This document shows positions 57,401 through 64,000 of a stretch of 64,000 nucleotides of DNA, piece after piece. Every line of letters starts with the position of its first letter. The first letter of the stretch is position 1. The notes below the pieces were generated by a model. The model was not told where the DNA came from. It saw only the letters and a list, made by a program, of their open reading frames with translations, and did no database searches. Source of the stretch: Nitrosopumilaceae archaeon (GTDB taxonomy: Archaea; Thermoproteota; Nitrososphaeria; Nitrososphaerales; Nitrosopumilaceae); NCBI GenBank assembly GCA_965214835.1, contig CBDCCK010000002.1:1504001-1568000 (forward strand), in the 5' to 3' direction. Both the position numbers and the translations under genes were made by a program.

Positions 57401-60019
57401 TCCGTCGATGACGGCCTCCAGATAATAGACGTCACGGATCCGGCCAGTCCAACCCCGGTCGAAAATCTGAAGGATACGGACTCGCTCCTGCTTGACGGCG
57501 CCCGCGCCGTGGATATATTCACGATAGGAGGCCGGACCTACGCCGCAGTGGCCTCCACCGCCGACGACGGCCTCCAGATAATAGACGTCACGGATCCGGC
57601 CAACCCCACACCTGTCGGCAGTCTGGGAGATGCCGTGGATGCGGAGACTGAAGGCGCCGTGGTGGGGCAGCTGCTACTTGACGGCGCCCGCGACGTGGAT
57701 ATATTCACGATAGGCGGCCGGACCTACGCCGCAGTGGCCTCCTCCGTCGACAACGGCCTCCAGATAATAGACATTACGGATCCGGCCAGTCCGGCAGCGG
57801 CCGGACAGCTGGAAGACACCGAGGACTCCGACGAGCTGCTGCTTGACGGCGCCCAGGGCGTGGCAGTCTTTACGATAGGAAACAGGACCTACGCCGCAGT
57901 GGCCTCCTTTGCCGACGACGGCCTCCAGATTGTAGACGTTACGGATCCCGCCAGTCCTGTCGCCGCCGGCAGCCTGGAGGATACGGGCTCCACGGAACTT
58001 GACGGGGCCAGCGACGTGGCAGTCTTTACGATAGGAGGCAACACCTACGCCGCAGTGGCCTCCGCCTCCGGCGACGACGGCCTCCAGATTGTAGACGTTA
58101 CGGATCCGGCCAGACCTGTAGCCGCAGGGAGTATTGCTGATGGCGACTCACTACTGCTTCTCACCGCCCGCGACGTGGCAGTCTTTACGATGGGAGGCCG
58201 GATCTACGCCGCAGTGACCTCCTTTGCCGACGACGGCCTCCAGATTGTAGATGTTACGGATCCCGCCAGTCCTGTCGCCGCCGGCAGCCTGGAGGATACG
58301 GGCTCCCTGAGGCTTGCAGGCGCCACCGGCGTGGCCGTCTTTACGATAGGAGGCAACACCTACGCCGCAGTGACCGCCGAGTACGATGACGGCCTCCAGC
58401 TGGTGAGGCTGGAGGCCGCATCCGGCATCTCGCAGTTCATATCACTTGTAGGAGACAACCCGCTTATACACGAGCTGGGCACCCCGTACGTCGATCCGGG
58501 CGCCACAACGGACGACGGCTCGCCGGTCACTGTGGATTACTCGCAGGTCGACGTCGGCGTGCACGGGGACTATCAGGTGATCTACACTGCCATTGGCGGC
58601 GGTGGCAGCACGGAAACGGCGATCAGGATAGTGCAGGTGCGCGACACCCTGCCGCCGGCCTTTGCATCGGCTACCCTGGACGAGGGCACGGGGGCCATGG
58701 CCATAACCTTCAGCGAGGCCGTCGACATATCGGCTGCAAACCTCTCACTGCTGCATGTCAGTGATGTAAACCAGGCAGATGCGGTCTCGCTGGGCGGTGC
58801 CGCATTTGACTTTGGATCTGCTGACGTCGAGACCCTTTCACTCATACTCCTTCGGGCCCAGCTGGACGGGATAGTCCCGATGGGAACCCCGCAGCTTGAC
58901 ATTTCTGCGGGCGCCGTATCTGATATATTCGGCAACCGGATAGGTGGCTCGCCGGACAACCCGATCACGATCCCGGGCCGTATCCAGACCGATGACGACA
59001 CCGATGGCGACACAGTCCCGCCGACCGGCCGCAGCAGCGGAGTCGGAGGCGGCGGGGGAGGAGGCGGAGGCGGCCGCACCGGCATCGGGACCACACTGCC
59101 CGGTGCGGAGGCGGCGTACATAGCCTCCATATCATGGGACTGCGCGGCCGGATTCGTAACGATCGCCGCCGGGCCCGCATCCGATGATCTTGCCGTCTCT
59201 GTTCGCACCACGGAGCACAGCGTCACTAGGACTACGGGGGCAGGCCAGACGCCGGAGGGATTTGCCGTGTTTAAGGCGCCGATGCACGAGAGCGAGTCAT
59301 ACATCGGCGTCAGCGCAATCCTGCATTCCGGAAGCAGCGTAAGCTCCGACTATGAATCGGTAAACGTCGATGCCTGTGCCGGCAAGCGCACATACGATGT
59401 TCCGGTGTACATACCTGCAAGCACGGTTACGCAGACAGCAGGCGGGCCGGGCGATGCGGCGGTTCTGCCGCCCGTGACGCCGGAGCCTCCCGCCCCGATG
59501 CTGCCCGAGCCCGAGCCCGAGCCGCCCGTGACGCCGGAGCCTCCCGCCCCGATGCTGCCCGAGCCCGAGCCCGAGCCGCCCGTGACGCCGGAGCCTTCCG
59601 CCCCGGTGCAGCCCGAGCCCGAGCCGCAGGCAGCCTCGGAGCCCGGCGGCGCGTGCCTGATAGCGACTGCCGCATACGGGACCGAGCTGGCGCCGCAGGT
59701 GCAGGCACTCAGGGAGATACGCGACGGTGCGCTTCTCTCGACTGGCTCGGGATCCTCCTTTGTCGCCGGGTTCAACACTGTATACTATTCGTTCTCGCCT
59801 GCAGTAGCCGACCTGGAGCGCCAGAACCCGGCATTTCGCGAGGCCGTAAGGATTGCCATATATCCGATGATCTCGACGCTGTCGATAATGTCGCTTGCAG
59901 AGGAGGGCTCGGAGGCCTCGGTGCTGGCGCTGGGCGCCTCGGTCATCGCCCTCAATATCGGCATGTATGCAGCAGCCCCTGCCGCCGTCATCGTGGCTGC
60001 CCGGCGGCTGCGGGGCTGA
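45413..60019 (+). CDS. Giant surface protein 2, paralog of protein 1
   Basis: Same module types and CFI-box-CTERM; signal-peptide-like N-terminus; last 3 kb nearly identical to about 32790-35755. Confidence 0.92.
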   Translation: MLIAVAVSGLISADGLQEAHAQSQPVNVTATGSLGDNNALLLGGANGVDVFTMGGKTYAAIVSRVDDGLQIVDVSNPASPGAVGQLSDTDSLLLDGARAVDVFKIGANTYAAVASSDDDGLQIVDVSDPASPDAVGQLNDTDSLLDGAHDVDVFTIGANTYAAVASNEDDALQLVDVTDPASPAAAGNLNDTGSRELGGAFGVAVFKIGDNTYAAVSSYNDDGLQIVDVTNPASPVAVGRLADGALLFGARYVDTFTITDGSGINTYAVVTIEHSDGEGGLQLVDITDPTMPTAAGRLLTDGSSLFNLPEGVTVFKIGQSTYAAVASDDSDGIQIVDVSDPAAPAVAGHLRDGGDLKLAGSWDVDVFTINGRTYAAVASNRDGLQLMRLEDSTPPAFESATLDRYAGTMTVTFSEAIDVSETDLSMLYVSDDGQTNAVSLAGADFDDTAADSETIWLILTPAQLAAIVPMDTPQLDIAAGAASDLSENLIDAAADNPITTASPDSPIPSGRLAHDSTLLLDFPRGMDTFRIGEDIYAAVTYNGGTNSGLQTINVTDPASPTAVGKIKSRTAFFGDTPIFLSTAQEVDIFTIGNNTYAAVVAFRSEALQIINVTDPSSLVEAGHLSNSGSDVRLSGATDVGIFTIGSSTYAAVASFSDNTLQIVNVTDPDNPAAAGQLTDTDDLLLNQASDVAIFTIGSSTYAAVTSSFDDGLQIVNVTDPDDPVAAGNLADTTSLQLRDATAVDVFTIDDSTYAAVTTFGNEGLQIVNVTDPDNPAAAGNLADTDDLLLDGPRDVTVLTIGSSTYAVAPSANDGGLQIVNVTDPDNPAAAGNLPDTDDLLLDSTRGVAVFMIGGSPYAAVSADTEGIQIVKLGEVIDMTSNSLPVAPAEMAITLEDTPITITPNISDPDTSDTPAISTVSDPPNGTATHDDTTIIYTPDQDYDGTDTFSYTVTDGTDTTQGTVTVTVVRGNNDPVLGTIGDRAATVGVQLTITPTVTDADTTDTHTYSITRGTLPAAAVFSTSDGSITWTPVQADAGQTHEVTITVNDGRGGTDSETFDIVAAEVDTTPLISATPAGQLRDGGPRLLTTATSLDVFTIGDKTYAAVASYGDDALQIINVTDPDSPSAAGHLADTNSLRLDGAYGVDVFTIDDKTYAAVASHGDDALQIVNVTDSDNPEASGSVEDTEPAGGIDDELLLEKSRGVAVFVIGDKTYAAVTSSRDRGLQIINVTDPDNPAPAGQLKDTAGAGGLLLAGPWGVDVFTVGGSTYAAVASFADNGLQIVDVTDPDNPAPAGQLKDTAGAGGLLLAGSVGVDTFTTAHGTYVAVASEKDNGLQIVNVTDPRNPAPAGHLADTEPASDGDDELLLEKSRGVAVFVMGDNTYATVTSFADNGLQIVDVTDPDNPAPAGQLKDTAGGGELLLDRAFGVDIFAVGGNTYAAVASRADNGIQIARLSDITPPAFASAALDEGTGTMTITFSETIDVSETDLSMLYVSDTGGIDEVALTGAAFDSNAADSATISLTLTQAHLNRIIQMGTPQLDIGAAAVYDLFVNHIGAVPDNPITVTADTVRPTFASAALGESTGTMTITFSKTIDVSETDLSMLYVSDTGGIDEVALTGAAFDSNAADSATISLTLTQSHLNQIAPMVTPQLDIKTGAVLDLAGNDIDTASDNPIDITKPEFISARLGSLEDTSSTELEGASGVAVFTVDTNTYAAVASYDDDGLQIVDVSDPDNPAAAGSLGDDTTRLLEGASGVAVFTIGTNTYAAVVSEIDDGLQIVDVSDPDNPAAAGSLGDDTTRLLEGASGVAVFTVDTNTYAAVASFTDNGLQIVDVSDPDNPAAAGSLGDDTTRLLEGAYTADVFTIGTSTYIAVVSEIDDGLQIVDVSDPDNPAAAGSLGDDTTRLLEGASGVAVFTVDTNTYAAVASFTDNGLQIVDVSDPDNPAAAGSLGDDTTRLLEGASGVAVFTVDTNTYVAVASETDNGLQIVDVSDPANPTDAGSLGDTSDLLLDGAYAADVFTIDSNTYAVVASYDDHGIQLVRLGAEAETPNNPPVAPDDAATTPEDTAVIITPAISDPDVADTPRISAVDDPPNGAATHDDTTITYTPDTDYEGTDTFGYTISDGTDTAQGTITVTVTRDNNDPVLGTIGNQAATVGVQLTITPTITDDDTTDTHTYSISRGTLPAAAVFSTSDGTLVWTPVPADAGQTHTVTITVNDGRGGTDSETFDIAVGDAPPTLTLTPVGNIGDNPQLLLDGAHDVDTFQIGTNTYAAVVSESDNGLQIIDVTDPDNPTAAGSLGDTSDELLLVGARGVDIFKIGTNTYAAVASNHDDGIQIVNVTDPDNLTAAGSLKDDGSRLLDGAVSVSVFKIGGSTYAAVASHNEHGIQIVNVTDPDNPAAAGSLGDGAQTILNGPRSVDVFMIGGSTYAAVAAESNSNNGLQIVNVTDPDNPAAAGNLGDDTSTLLLGARGVDTFQIGANTYAAVASNREHGLQIVDVTDPDNPAAAGNLGDNPSTLLRNARGVDTFQIGANTYAAVTSNNEDGLQIVDVTDPDSPTAAGSLGDDGTGGTLLLDGAGSVAVFKIGANTYAAVTSNSDDGLQLVRLDEAAETPNAPPVAPAATATTAEDTPVTITPAISDPDTSDTPTISAVENPPNGTTIHDGTTITYTPDADYEGTDTFGYTVSDGTDTAQGTITVTITRDNNDPVLGTIGDRAATVGVQLTITPAVTDTDTTDTHTYSIARGTLPAAAVFSTSDGTLVWTPVQADAGQTHTVTITVNDGRGGTDSETFDIVVSGTDTAPPAFESATLDEGTGAMTITFDETIDISATNLSLLYVSDVNQADTVPLIGAAFDFGSADVETLSLTLVQAQLDEIAPMGTPQLDITAGAVSDMAGNQIADSPDNPITVTDTTSNSPPLAPAESVTTPEDVPITITPAISDPDTSDTPIISAVGNPPNGAVTHDDTTITYTPDQDFDGTDTFGYTVSDGTDTAQGTITVTVTRDNNNPVLGTIGDQAATVGVQLTITPAVTDADTTDTHTYSITRGTLPAAAVFSTSDGTLVWTPVQADAGQTHTVTITVSDGRGGTDSETFDIVVAGRDITSPAFESATLDEDTGAMTITFDETIDISATNLSLLYVSDVNQADTVSLTGAAFDLGSADVETLSLTLVQAQLDEIVPMGTPQLDITAGAVSDILGNQIADSPDNPITVTDTTSNSPPLAPAESVTTPEDVPITITPAISDPDTSDTPIISAVDNPPNGTATHDDTTITYTPDSDFDGTDTFEYTVSDGTDSVQGTITVTVTRDNNNPVLGTIGDRAATPDTQLVITPAVTDADPTDTHTYSISRGTLPAAATFNTTDGTLVWTPVQADAGQTHTVTITVSDGRGGTDSQTFDIVVADTDPPAIEITPTGNLGDNSTLLLGGPYDVAVFMVGANTYAAVASDDDNALQIVDVTDPSRPTAAGSLGDNSTLKLNSARNVDIFTKDGSTYAAITSFTDNALQIVDVTDPASPAAAGSLGDNSTLHLEGALGVDVFTIGANTYAAVASHYEYALQIVDITNPDSLTAAGNLQDLVSGDTLHLEGAFGVDVFMIGASTYAAVASFDASALQIVDITNPASPTAAGSLRDNNTLELGGAYDVAVFTIGANTYAAVTALNDDGLQIVDITNPARPVAAGNLGDNNTLLLDGAFGVDAFTIGANTYAAVAALNDNGLQIVDVTDPASPAAAGSLGDNNTLLLDGARGVDTFTIGTNTYAAVASDDDNGLQLVRLGADAEAPNSPPVAPDETATTAEDTPVTITPAISDPDASDTPVISAVENPSNGAATHDGTAITYTPDTDYDGTDTFGYTVSDGTDTTRGTITITVTRDNNAPVLGTIGDQAAEPDVQLTITPTVTDADTTDTHTYSITRGTLPAAAAFNTTDGTLVWTPVQADAGQTHTVTIMVDDGRGGTDSQTFDIVVADGDAVTLTPVGSIGNGPQLLLDLPRGVDVFTIGGNTYAAVASSVDDGLQIIDVTDPASPTPVENLKDTDSLLLDGARAVDIFTIGGRTYAAVASTADDGLQIIDVTDPANPTPVGSLGDAVDAETEGAVVGQLLLDGARDVDIFTIGGRTYAAVASSVDNGLQIIDITDPASPAAAGQLEDTEDSDELLLDGAQGVAVFTIGNRTYAAVASFADDGLQIVDVTDPASPVAAGSLEDTGSTELDGASDVAVFTIGGNTYAAVASASGDDGLQIVDVTDPARPVAAGSIADGDSLLLLTARDVAVFTMGGRIYAAVTSFADDGLQIVDVTDPASPVAAGSLEDTGSLRLAGATGVAVFTIGGNTYAAVTAEYDDGLQLVRLEAASGISQFISLVGDNPLIHELGTPYVDPGATTDDGSPVTVDYSQVDVGVHGDYQVIYTAIGGGGSTETAIRIVQVRDTLPPAFASATLDEGTGAMAITFSEAVDISAANLSLLHVSDVNQADAVSLGGAAFDFGSADVETLSLILLRAQLDGIVPMGTPQLDISAGAVSDIFGNRIGGSPDNPITIPGRIQTDDDTDGDTVPPTGRSSGVGGGGGGGGGGRTGIGTTLPGAEAAYIASISWDCAAGFVTIAAGPASDDLAVSVRTTEHSVTRTTGAGQTPEGFAVFKAPMHESESYIGVSAILHSGSSVSSDYESVNVDACAGKRTYDVPVYIPASTVTQTAGGPGDAAVLPPVTPEPPAPMLPEPEPEPPVTPEPPAPMLPEPEPEPPVTPEPSAPVQPEPEPQAASEPGGACLIATAAYGTELAPQVQALREIRDGALLSTGSGSSFVAGFNTVYYSFSPAVADLERQNPAFREAVRIAIYPMISTLSIMSLAEEGSEASVLALGASVIALNIGMYAAAPAAVIVAARRLRG
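50500..51410 (+). repeat. About six near-identical 156 bp (52 aa) tandem units
   Basis: GAAGGCGCC recurs at 50507, 50663, 50819, 50975, 51131, 51287. Confidence 0.9.
53240..55600 (+). repeat. 900 bp (300 aa) period repeat, about 2.6 copies
   Basis: Sequence at 53701 recurs at 54601 and approximately at 55501. Confidence 0.85.
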
Positions 60020-60103
60020 AATCCGCCGACTACTGCAGAGCAGCTCCTCCCCATTCGATGTTTGAACCAATTTTTTTAAAGGCATTGGTGCCGCATTCTA
60101 CCC

Positions 60104-60496
60104 ATGTTGCGTGCAGACCACATATTGGAGAAAAAATCCGCATTATTTGGAATTGTGTTTACGGTAGTCGTCGGTTCCTTGGCAATTCCAGTGATCGTAC
60201 CGCACGCGTTTCATGGGTTTCACGTATTTCACATTCTGCTACACGTTGCAGGAATAACCCTGTCATCGTTTCTTACGGTGATTGCCGTCACTGCATGCTA
60301 TCGGTTGCGCACGAAAAGGATGGGCCTGACCATGACTGCCTTTATGATATTTTGCGGTGCAGAATCACTGGCACTGCTTGAGACGACCTGGCCTGGCCTG
60401 TATAGTGTGGGAATGGTATCTTTATTAGAGGTGGGCCACCTGCTAATGATCACCTCGATGGGGCTACTGGCCCTGGGAGCGTTCAGAAATGACTAG
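60104..60496 (+). CDS. Small integral membrane protein
   Basis: About four hydrophobic segments with a His-rich loop; overlaps the regulator start. Confidence 0.75.
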   Translation: MLRADHILEKKSALFGIVFTVVVGSLAIPVIVPHAFHGFHVFHILLHVAGITLSSFLTVIAVTACYRLRTKRMGLTMTAFMIFCGAESLALLETTWPGLYSVGMVSLLEVGHLLMITSMGLLALGAFRND

Positions 60497-60992
60497 CGAT
60501 AGAAAGTTACAACTAACCGAGATAATCCAGAAAAACCCCGGCCTCAACTTTCGGGATCTGATGAGGGCCACCGGAATGAAGAACGGCGTGCTCAGCCACC
60601 ACTTGGGCCACCTGGAAAAGCTCGGATCAATCTCCGTAGTCCGGGGCCCCAGGCAGTCAAGATTCTATCCGCCCAGCTTCTCAGAGCAGGAGTCAAAGAT
60701 TGTCAAGGCGCTAAGGCGCCAGACGCCAAAGCTCATCCTCCAGTCCCTGATTCTGCACGAGCCGCTGGAATTCAAGGACATAGTCTCGTACACCAAAAAG
60801 TCCCCGTCCACTGTCTCTCTGTACCTGTCCCAGCTGGTAGATGATCAAATCATCAAGACAAGGCTCGTTGAGAGAACCAGGACGTACTGCATCGATGACA
60901 GGCATACCATTGACCGCCTGATAGACGACTATCAGCCGGGAATGCTGGACAGGCCGGTATCCGGACTAGAAGATATTATTAGTTCGTTGTAG
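60489..60992 (+). CDS. Double winged-HTH transcriptional regulator
   Basis: IIQKNPGLNFRDLMRATGMKNGVLSHHL and KSPSTVSLYLSQL. Confidence 0.88.
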   Translation: MTSDRKLQLTEIIQKNPGLNFRDLMRATGMKNGVLSHHLGHLEKLGSISVVRGPRQSRFYPPSFSEQESKIVKALRRQTPKLILQSLILHEPLEFKDIVSYTKKSPSTVSLYLSQLVDDQIIKTRLVERTRTYCIDDRHTIDRLIDDYQPGMLDRPVSGLEDIISSL

Positions 60993-61003
60993 GTACTATC
61001 CTC

Positions 61004-62077
61004 GTGAAGTGTATACTGGGGCTTGGCATCCTGCTTGCGTTCGTACCCCTAGCATATGCGGAGGTATACATTCCGGAATCCGAGCTGGCCGGATACTTTG
61101 ACTCCCGTGGCACGTATACTGTGGTGGGCGCCATCAAGAACGGCGGGGATGACTGGGTTGTCCCAAGCGTCACAATCTCCATTGACGGCCTCCGGGCACA
61201 TGACAGGGAGTTTACGTTTGCGCCGGTCGGCCCCGGATCCGAGCTGCCCTTCAAGGTAAAATTCCCGAATCTTGCCCTAGATGATCCCGAACTGCTTGAG
61301 CCGGAGCTAAGCTACCGGGTTGCCCCGCCGGAGACCACGCCTGATGTGCAGGTAATCTACGACGATACCCTGATCCTGCATCCCGACGGACACAAGACCG
61401 GCAGGATAATCAACAGCGGGGACAAGCCCGTTCACCACATCAGGGTCCATGCATTACTGTACTCGTATGATGGAACCCTGCTGGACATGGGGCAAAGCGT
61501 GGAGATCTTTGAGACAGTCGAGCCCGGAGGAATCCGGGAATTCAGCATGTATCCAGATCCCTCCGTGGCCGACTTGGTCGGCTCGTACAGCTGCTTTGCG
61601 CTGATGGATACGTCGGTAATCGCCGTGGACTCGGTACGAAACAGCCTGCCCTATGCCTTCAGGTATGACTCGGGCATATGGCTGTACGACTTTGGCTTTG
61701 ATGATGGCGGCAAGAGGCTATCGATGACCGGCTATAACGGCCTTCCGCTGGGAATCCAGGCAAACTTTGAGTTTCCGCGAAGCAGCGATTCTGAACGGTT
61801 TCAGGTATTTCTGGAGGATGAGCCGCTCGAATCCAGCCAGAGCATCGGCGAGATGGGCAACTGGCACCTAGTATTTGAGATTCCTGCCAGCAACGTTGAC
61901 ACCATAAGCATTCTGGGGTTCGAGGATCCTGGTACGGTAACCCCGCTTGATGACATGCTGATGCCGGACTCCGGCCCCGATGCCTCGACTAGCGATGATG
62001 TCTCGGCAATATATCTGGCGGCAATACCGATCATTGCAGCCATCGCCGGCATTGCAGCCTACAAAAGGCGGGGCTAG
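61004..62077 (+). CDS. Secreted, C-terminally anchored protein, FxLYD-like
   Basis: Signal peptide, VVGAIKNGG, ALLYSYDGTLLD, C-terminal TM helix followed by KRR. Confidence 0.7.
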   Translation: MKCILGLGILLAFVPLAYAEVYIPESELAGYFDSRGTYTVVGAIKNGGDDWVVPSVTISIDGLRAHDREFTFAPVGPGSELPFKVKFPNLALDDPELLEPELSYRVAPPETTPDVQVIYDDTLILHPDGHKTGRIINSGDKPVHHIRVHALLYSYDGTLLDMGQSVEIFETVEPGGIREFSMYPDPSVADLVGSYSCFALMDTSVIAVDSVRNSLPYAFRYDSGIWLYDFGFDDGGKRLSMTGYNGLPLGIQANFEFPRSSDSERFQVFLEDEPLESSQSIGEMGNWHLVFEIPASNVDTISILGFEDPGTVTPLDDMLMPDSGPDASTSDDVSAIYLAAIPIIAAIAGIAAYKRRG

Positions 62078-62146
62078 GCGGCCGCCTTGGTACATTTTTC
62101 GAATGTACTATGATACTCATATACGCAGTACCGGAAAACCCTTACA

Positions 62147-64000
62147 TTGTACAGGTCAAACAAGGCAATCCTGCTGCTGCTCTCCGCGGCAGTGGGCCTG
62201 AGCGTATTTGCGTACATTGACAGCCAAGCGACCGGCGGTGATCATGATCCTATCCAGAATTATCTTGGCATGCAGGACGTTTGGGCCCATGACGGCGACG
62301 GCGACGGATTCGACGATGATACCCTAAAGCCAGTCGTCGATGACGCATCAAACGATCCCTTTCCCGGCTCCGGCCGGGACTTTACATCCACGCTGACGCA
62401 CGCCAAGGTCGTCGGCAGCCCAGCATCAAACAGTACCGGCATCAACGCCACTGCAAGCTTTCTTTGGAGTGAAAACCAGGAGCGACTGCAGTATGAAATA
62501 AGGTTTACAAACTCCTCGTACCCACTGCTGCTGGACAAGTCCGCAGGCGACGGTTCGGCAGAATCCGTTACCAAGATCCACATCCACGTGGGAGACTCCT
62601 CGTCCAACGGATACCACGCGCTCAACATCTTCGGCGCCCCTGCAGAAGACGATGCGGAGATGGAGGTTCACCTGGATGACCTGGAGATCCACGGGGTATG
62701 GGGGGATATTGACACGGGCTCGCTGACCTCCGATACCGCGCGCAGCAGGCAGCTGGCAGACATGCGCGACGAGCTGTGCTCGGGCGGCCTGTATTTGCAG
62801 GTACACACAAGCTGGAGTGATCAGCTCGGTGCAAAGGGCGCCATCAGGGGCCAGATCGACGTGGCCTCTGAGCTGTGCGACTTTGACCTGGGCAGGCAGG
62901 AGTTTGAGTCCTTCCTTGGCGGCGCCCAGGTGGTACCGCCGTCGGACAACCGTGGATCCGGTACTGCCGAGCTGCACTTTGATGAGGATCGAGGCTCGCT
63001 GCACTACAGGATCAAGCTGGCCGGCTTTGACATTGCCTCCAATGCCACTGCCACCACCGACGACGACCTGGCAGCCCTTCACATCCACCGTGGCGCCGCA
63101 GGCGCAAACGGGCCCCATGCGCTCAACATCTTCGGCGCCCCATGTGCCATCACTGCCAGTCCATTTGATGCCGTCTGCGACGACGCCCAGATGGATGTGG
63201 ACATCGCCAACGGAGTCATTACCGGCGTCTGGGATGATACGGACAGGACGACGACCGGCTCTGAGGCCGGACGCTCCAAGAACCTTTCTGACATGATAGG
63301 CGAGCTTTGTGATGGGAATCTCTACTTCCAGGCCCATACCCCCACCGGCGGAAACATTCGCGGCCAGATCAACCTGGCAGACGGCCAGCTGTGCGACTAT
63401 CCCGGCCATGACGACTTTACTGCCGCCCTGGACGGCACCCAAATTGGCGGCGGAACCGGAAGCCACGCAACGGGCACTGCCGGCCTGAGATTCAACACAG
63501 GCGGGGACAGGCTGCAGTACGAGATTGACCTAGACGGTCTGGACACTGACGATGTCCAGACCCTTGCAACGACTGCCGATGATCTAACCAAGATACACCT
63601 GCACAATGCCGCCTTTGGCAAGAACTCCACCGTACACCTGCTCAACATCTTCGGACCCCCGGCATTCGATGACGGCGACTTTGAGCTGACGCCTGGAACC
63701 GGCCTCATTACCGGAATATGGGACGATGCCGACGAGTCCTTTGCGCCCAGCGACGGTGGGAGAACCAAAAAGCTGACTACTAGCATAGGCGAGCTGTGCG
63801 CCGGCAGGGTGTACATCAACATCCACACGACCGCGTTTGAGCGCGGGGAAATTCGCGGCCAGATCGTTCCGACCCCTGACAACGTAAGATGTGAGTTTGA
63901 CGTGGCAGAACGTGACTTTGCCGCCGAGCTTGATGTCGCCAACATCGCCGCCGCCGGAGACACCACGGACGCCCCCCCAACTGCGACTGCCCACGCCGAC
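62147..64000 (+). CDS. Secreted tandem CHRD-domain protein, running off the window
   Basis: Frame open from TTG 62147 (MYRSNKAILLLLSAAVGL). Three copies of HIH/HLH...LNIFG.P...ELC.G..Y...HT...IRGQI; a fourth repeat is starting. Confidence 0.85.
   Translation, partial: MYRSNKAILLLLSAAVGLSVFAYIDSQATGGDHDPIQNYLGMQDVWAHDGDGDGFDDDTLKPVVDDASNDPFPGSGRDFTSTLTHAKVVGSPASNSTGINATASFLWSENQERLQYEIRFTNSSYPLLLDKSAGDGSAESVTKIHIHVGDSSSNGYHALNIFGAPAEDDAEMEVHLDDLEIHGVWGDIDTGSLTSDTARSRQLADMRDELCSGGLYLQVHTSWSDQLGAKGAIRGQIDVASELCDFDLGRQEFESFLGGAQVVPPSDNRGSGTAELHFDEDRGSLHYRIKLAGFDIASNATATTDDDLAALHIHRGAAGANGPHALNIFGAPCAITASPFDAVCDDAQMDVDIANGVITGVWDDTDRTTTGSEAGRSKNLSDMIGELCDGNLYFQAHTPTGGNIRGQINLADGQLCDYPGHDDFTAALDGTQIGGGTGSHATGTAGLRFNTGGDRLQYEIDLDGLDTDDVQTLATTADDLTKIHLHNAAFGKNSTVHLLNIFGPPAFDDGDFELTPGTGLITGIWDDADESFAPSDGGRTKKLTTSIGELCAGRVYINIHTTAFERGEIRGQIVPTPDNVRCEFDVAERDFAAELDVANIAAAGDTTDAPPTATAHAD

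Noticed and set aside
62260-63994. Listed ORFs in the last 1.8 kb
   Set aside because: They are shadows of the plus-strand CHRD gene, which has no stop in the window and so was not listed.

Overview
This window looks like an IS-riddled region from a GC-rich Nitrosopumilaceae-type thaumarchaeote, possibly a sponge symbiont. That assignment is inferred from CFI-box-CTERM surface proteins, an archaeal histone, the rtcB/PDCD5/uS11 block and giant repeat proteins. It holds surface-glycan genes (GT4, GT2, ugd, wecB, and a duplicated glycosyltransferase frameshifted at a G7 run), an HD-hydrolase/YwgA-like pair, two toxin-antitoxin loci, a low-GC three-gene operon with a retropepsin-like protease, two paralogous 4-5 kaa repeat surface proteins, a tandem-CHRD protein, and many IS3/IS5/IS66/IS630/IS110 elements and MITEs. 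The main finding is two different IS110-family elements, each carrying a readable two-loop bridge-RNA-like region. One lies downstream and one upstream of the recombinase gene. Their loop sequences match the element's own ends and its insertion site. One element sits in an IS66 terminal inverted repeat, and the empty allele of that site is also in this window. The other probably sits in an IS630 end. No rRNA, tRNA or CRISPR array was seen. All alignments and folds were done by eye.
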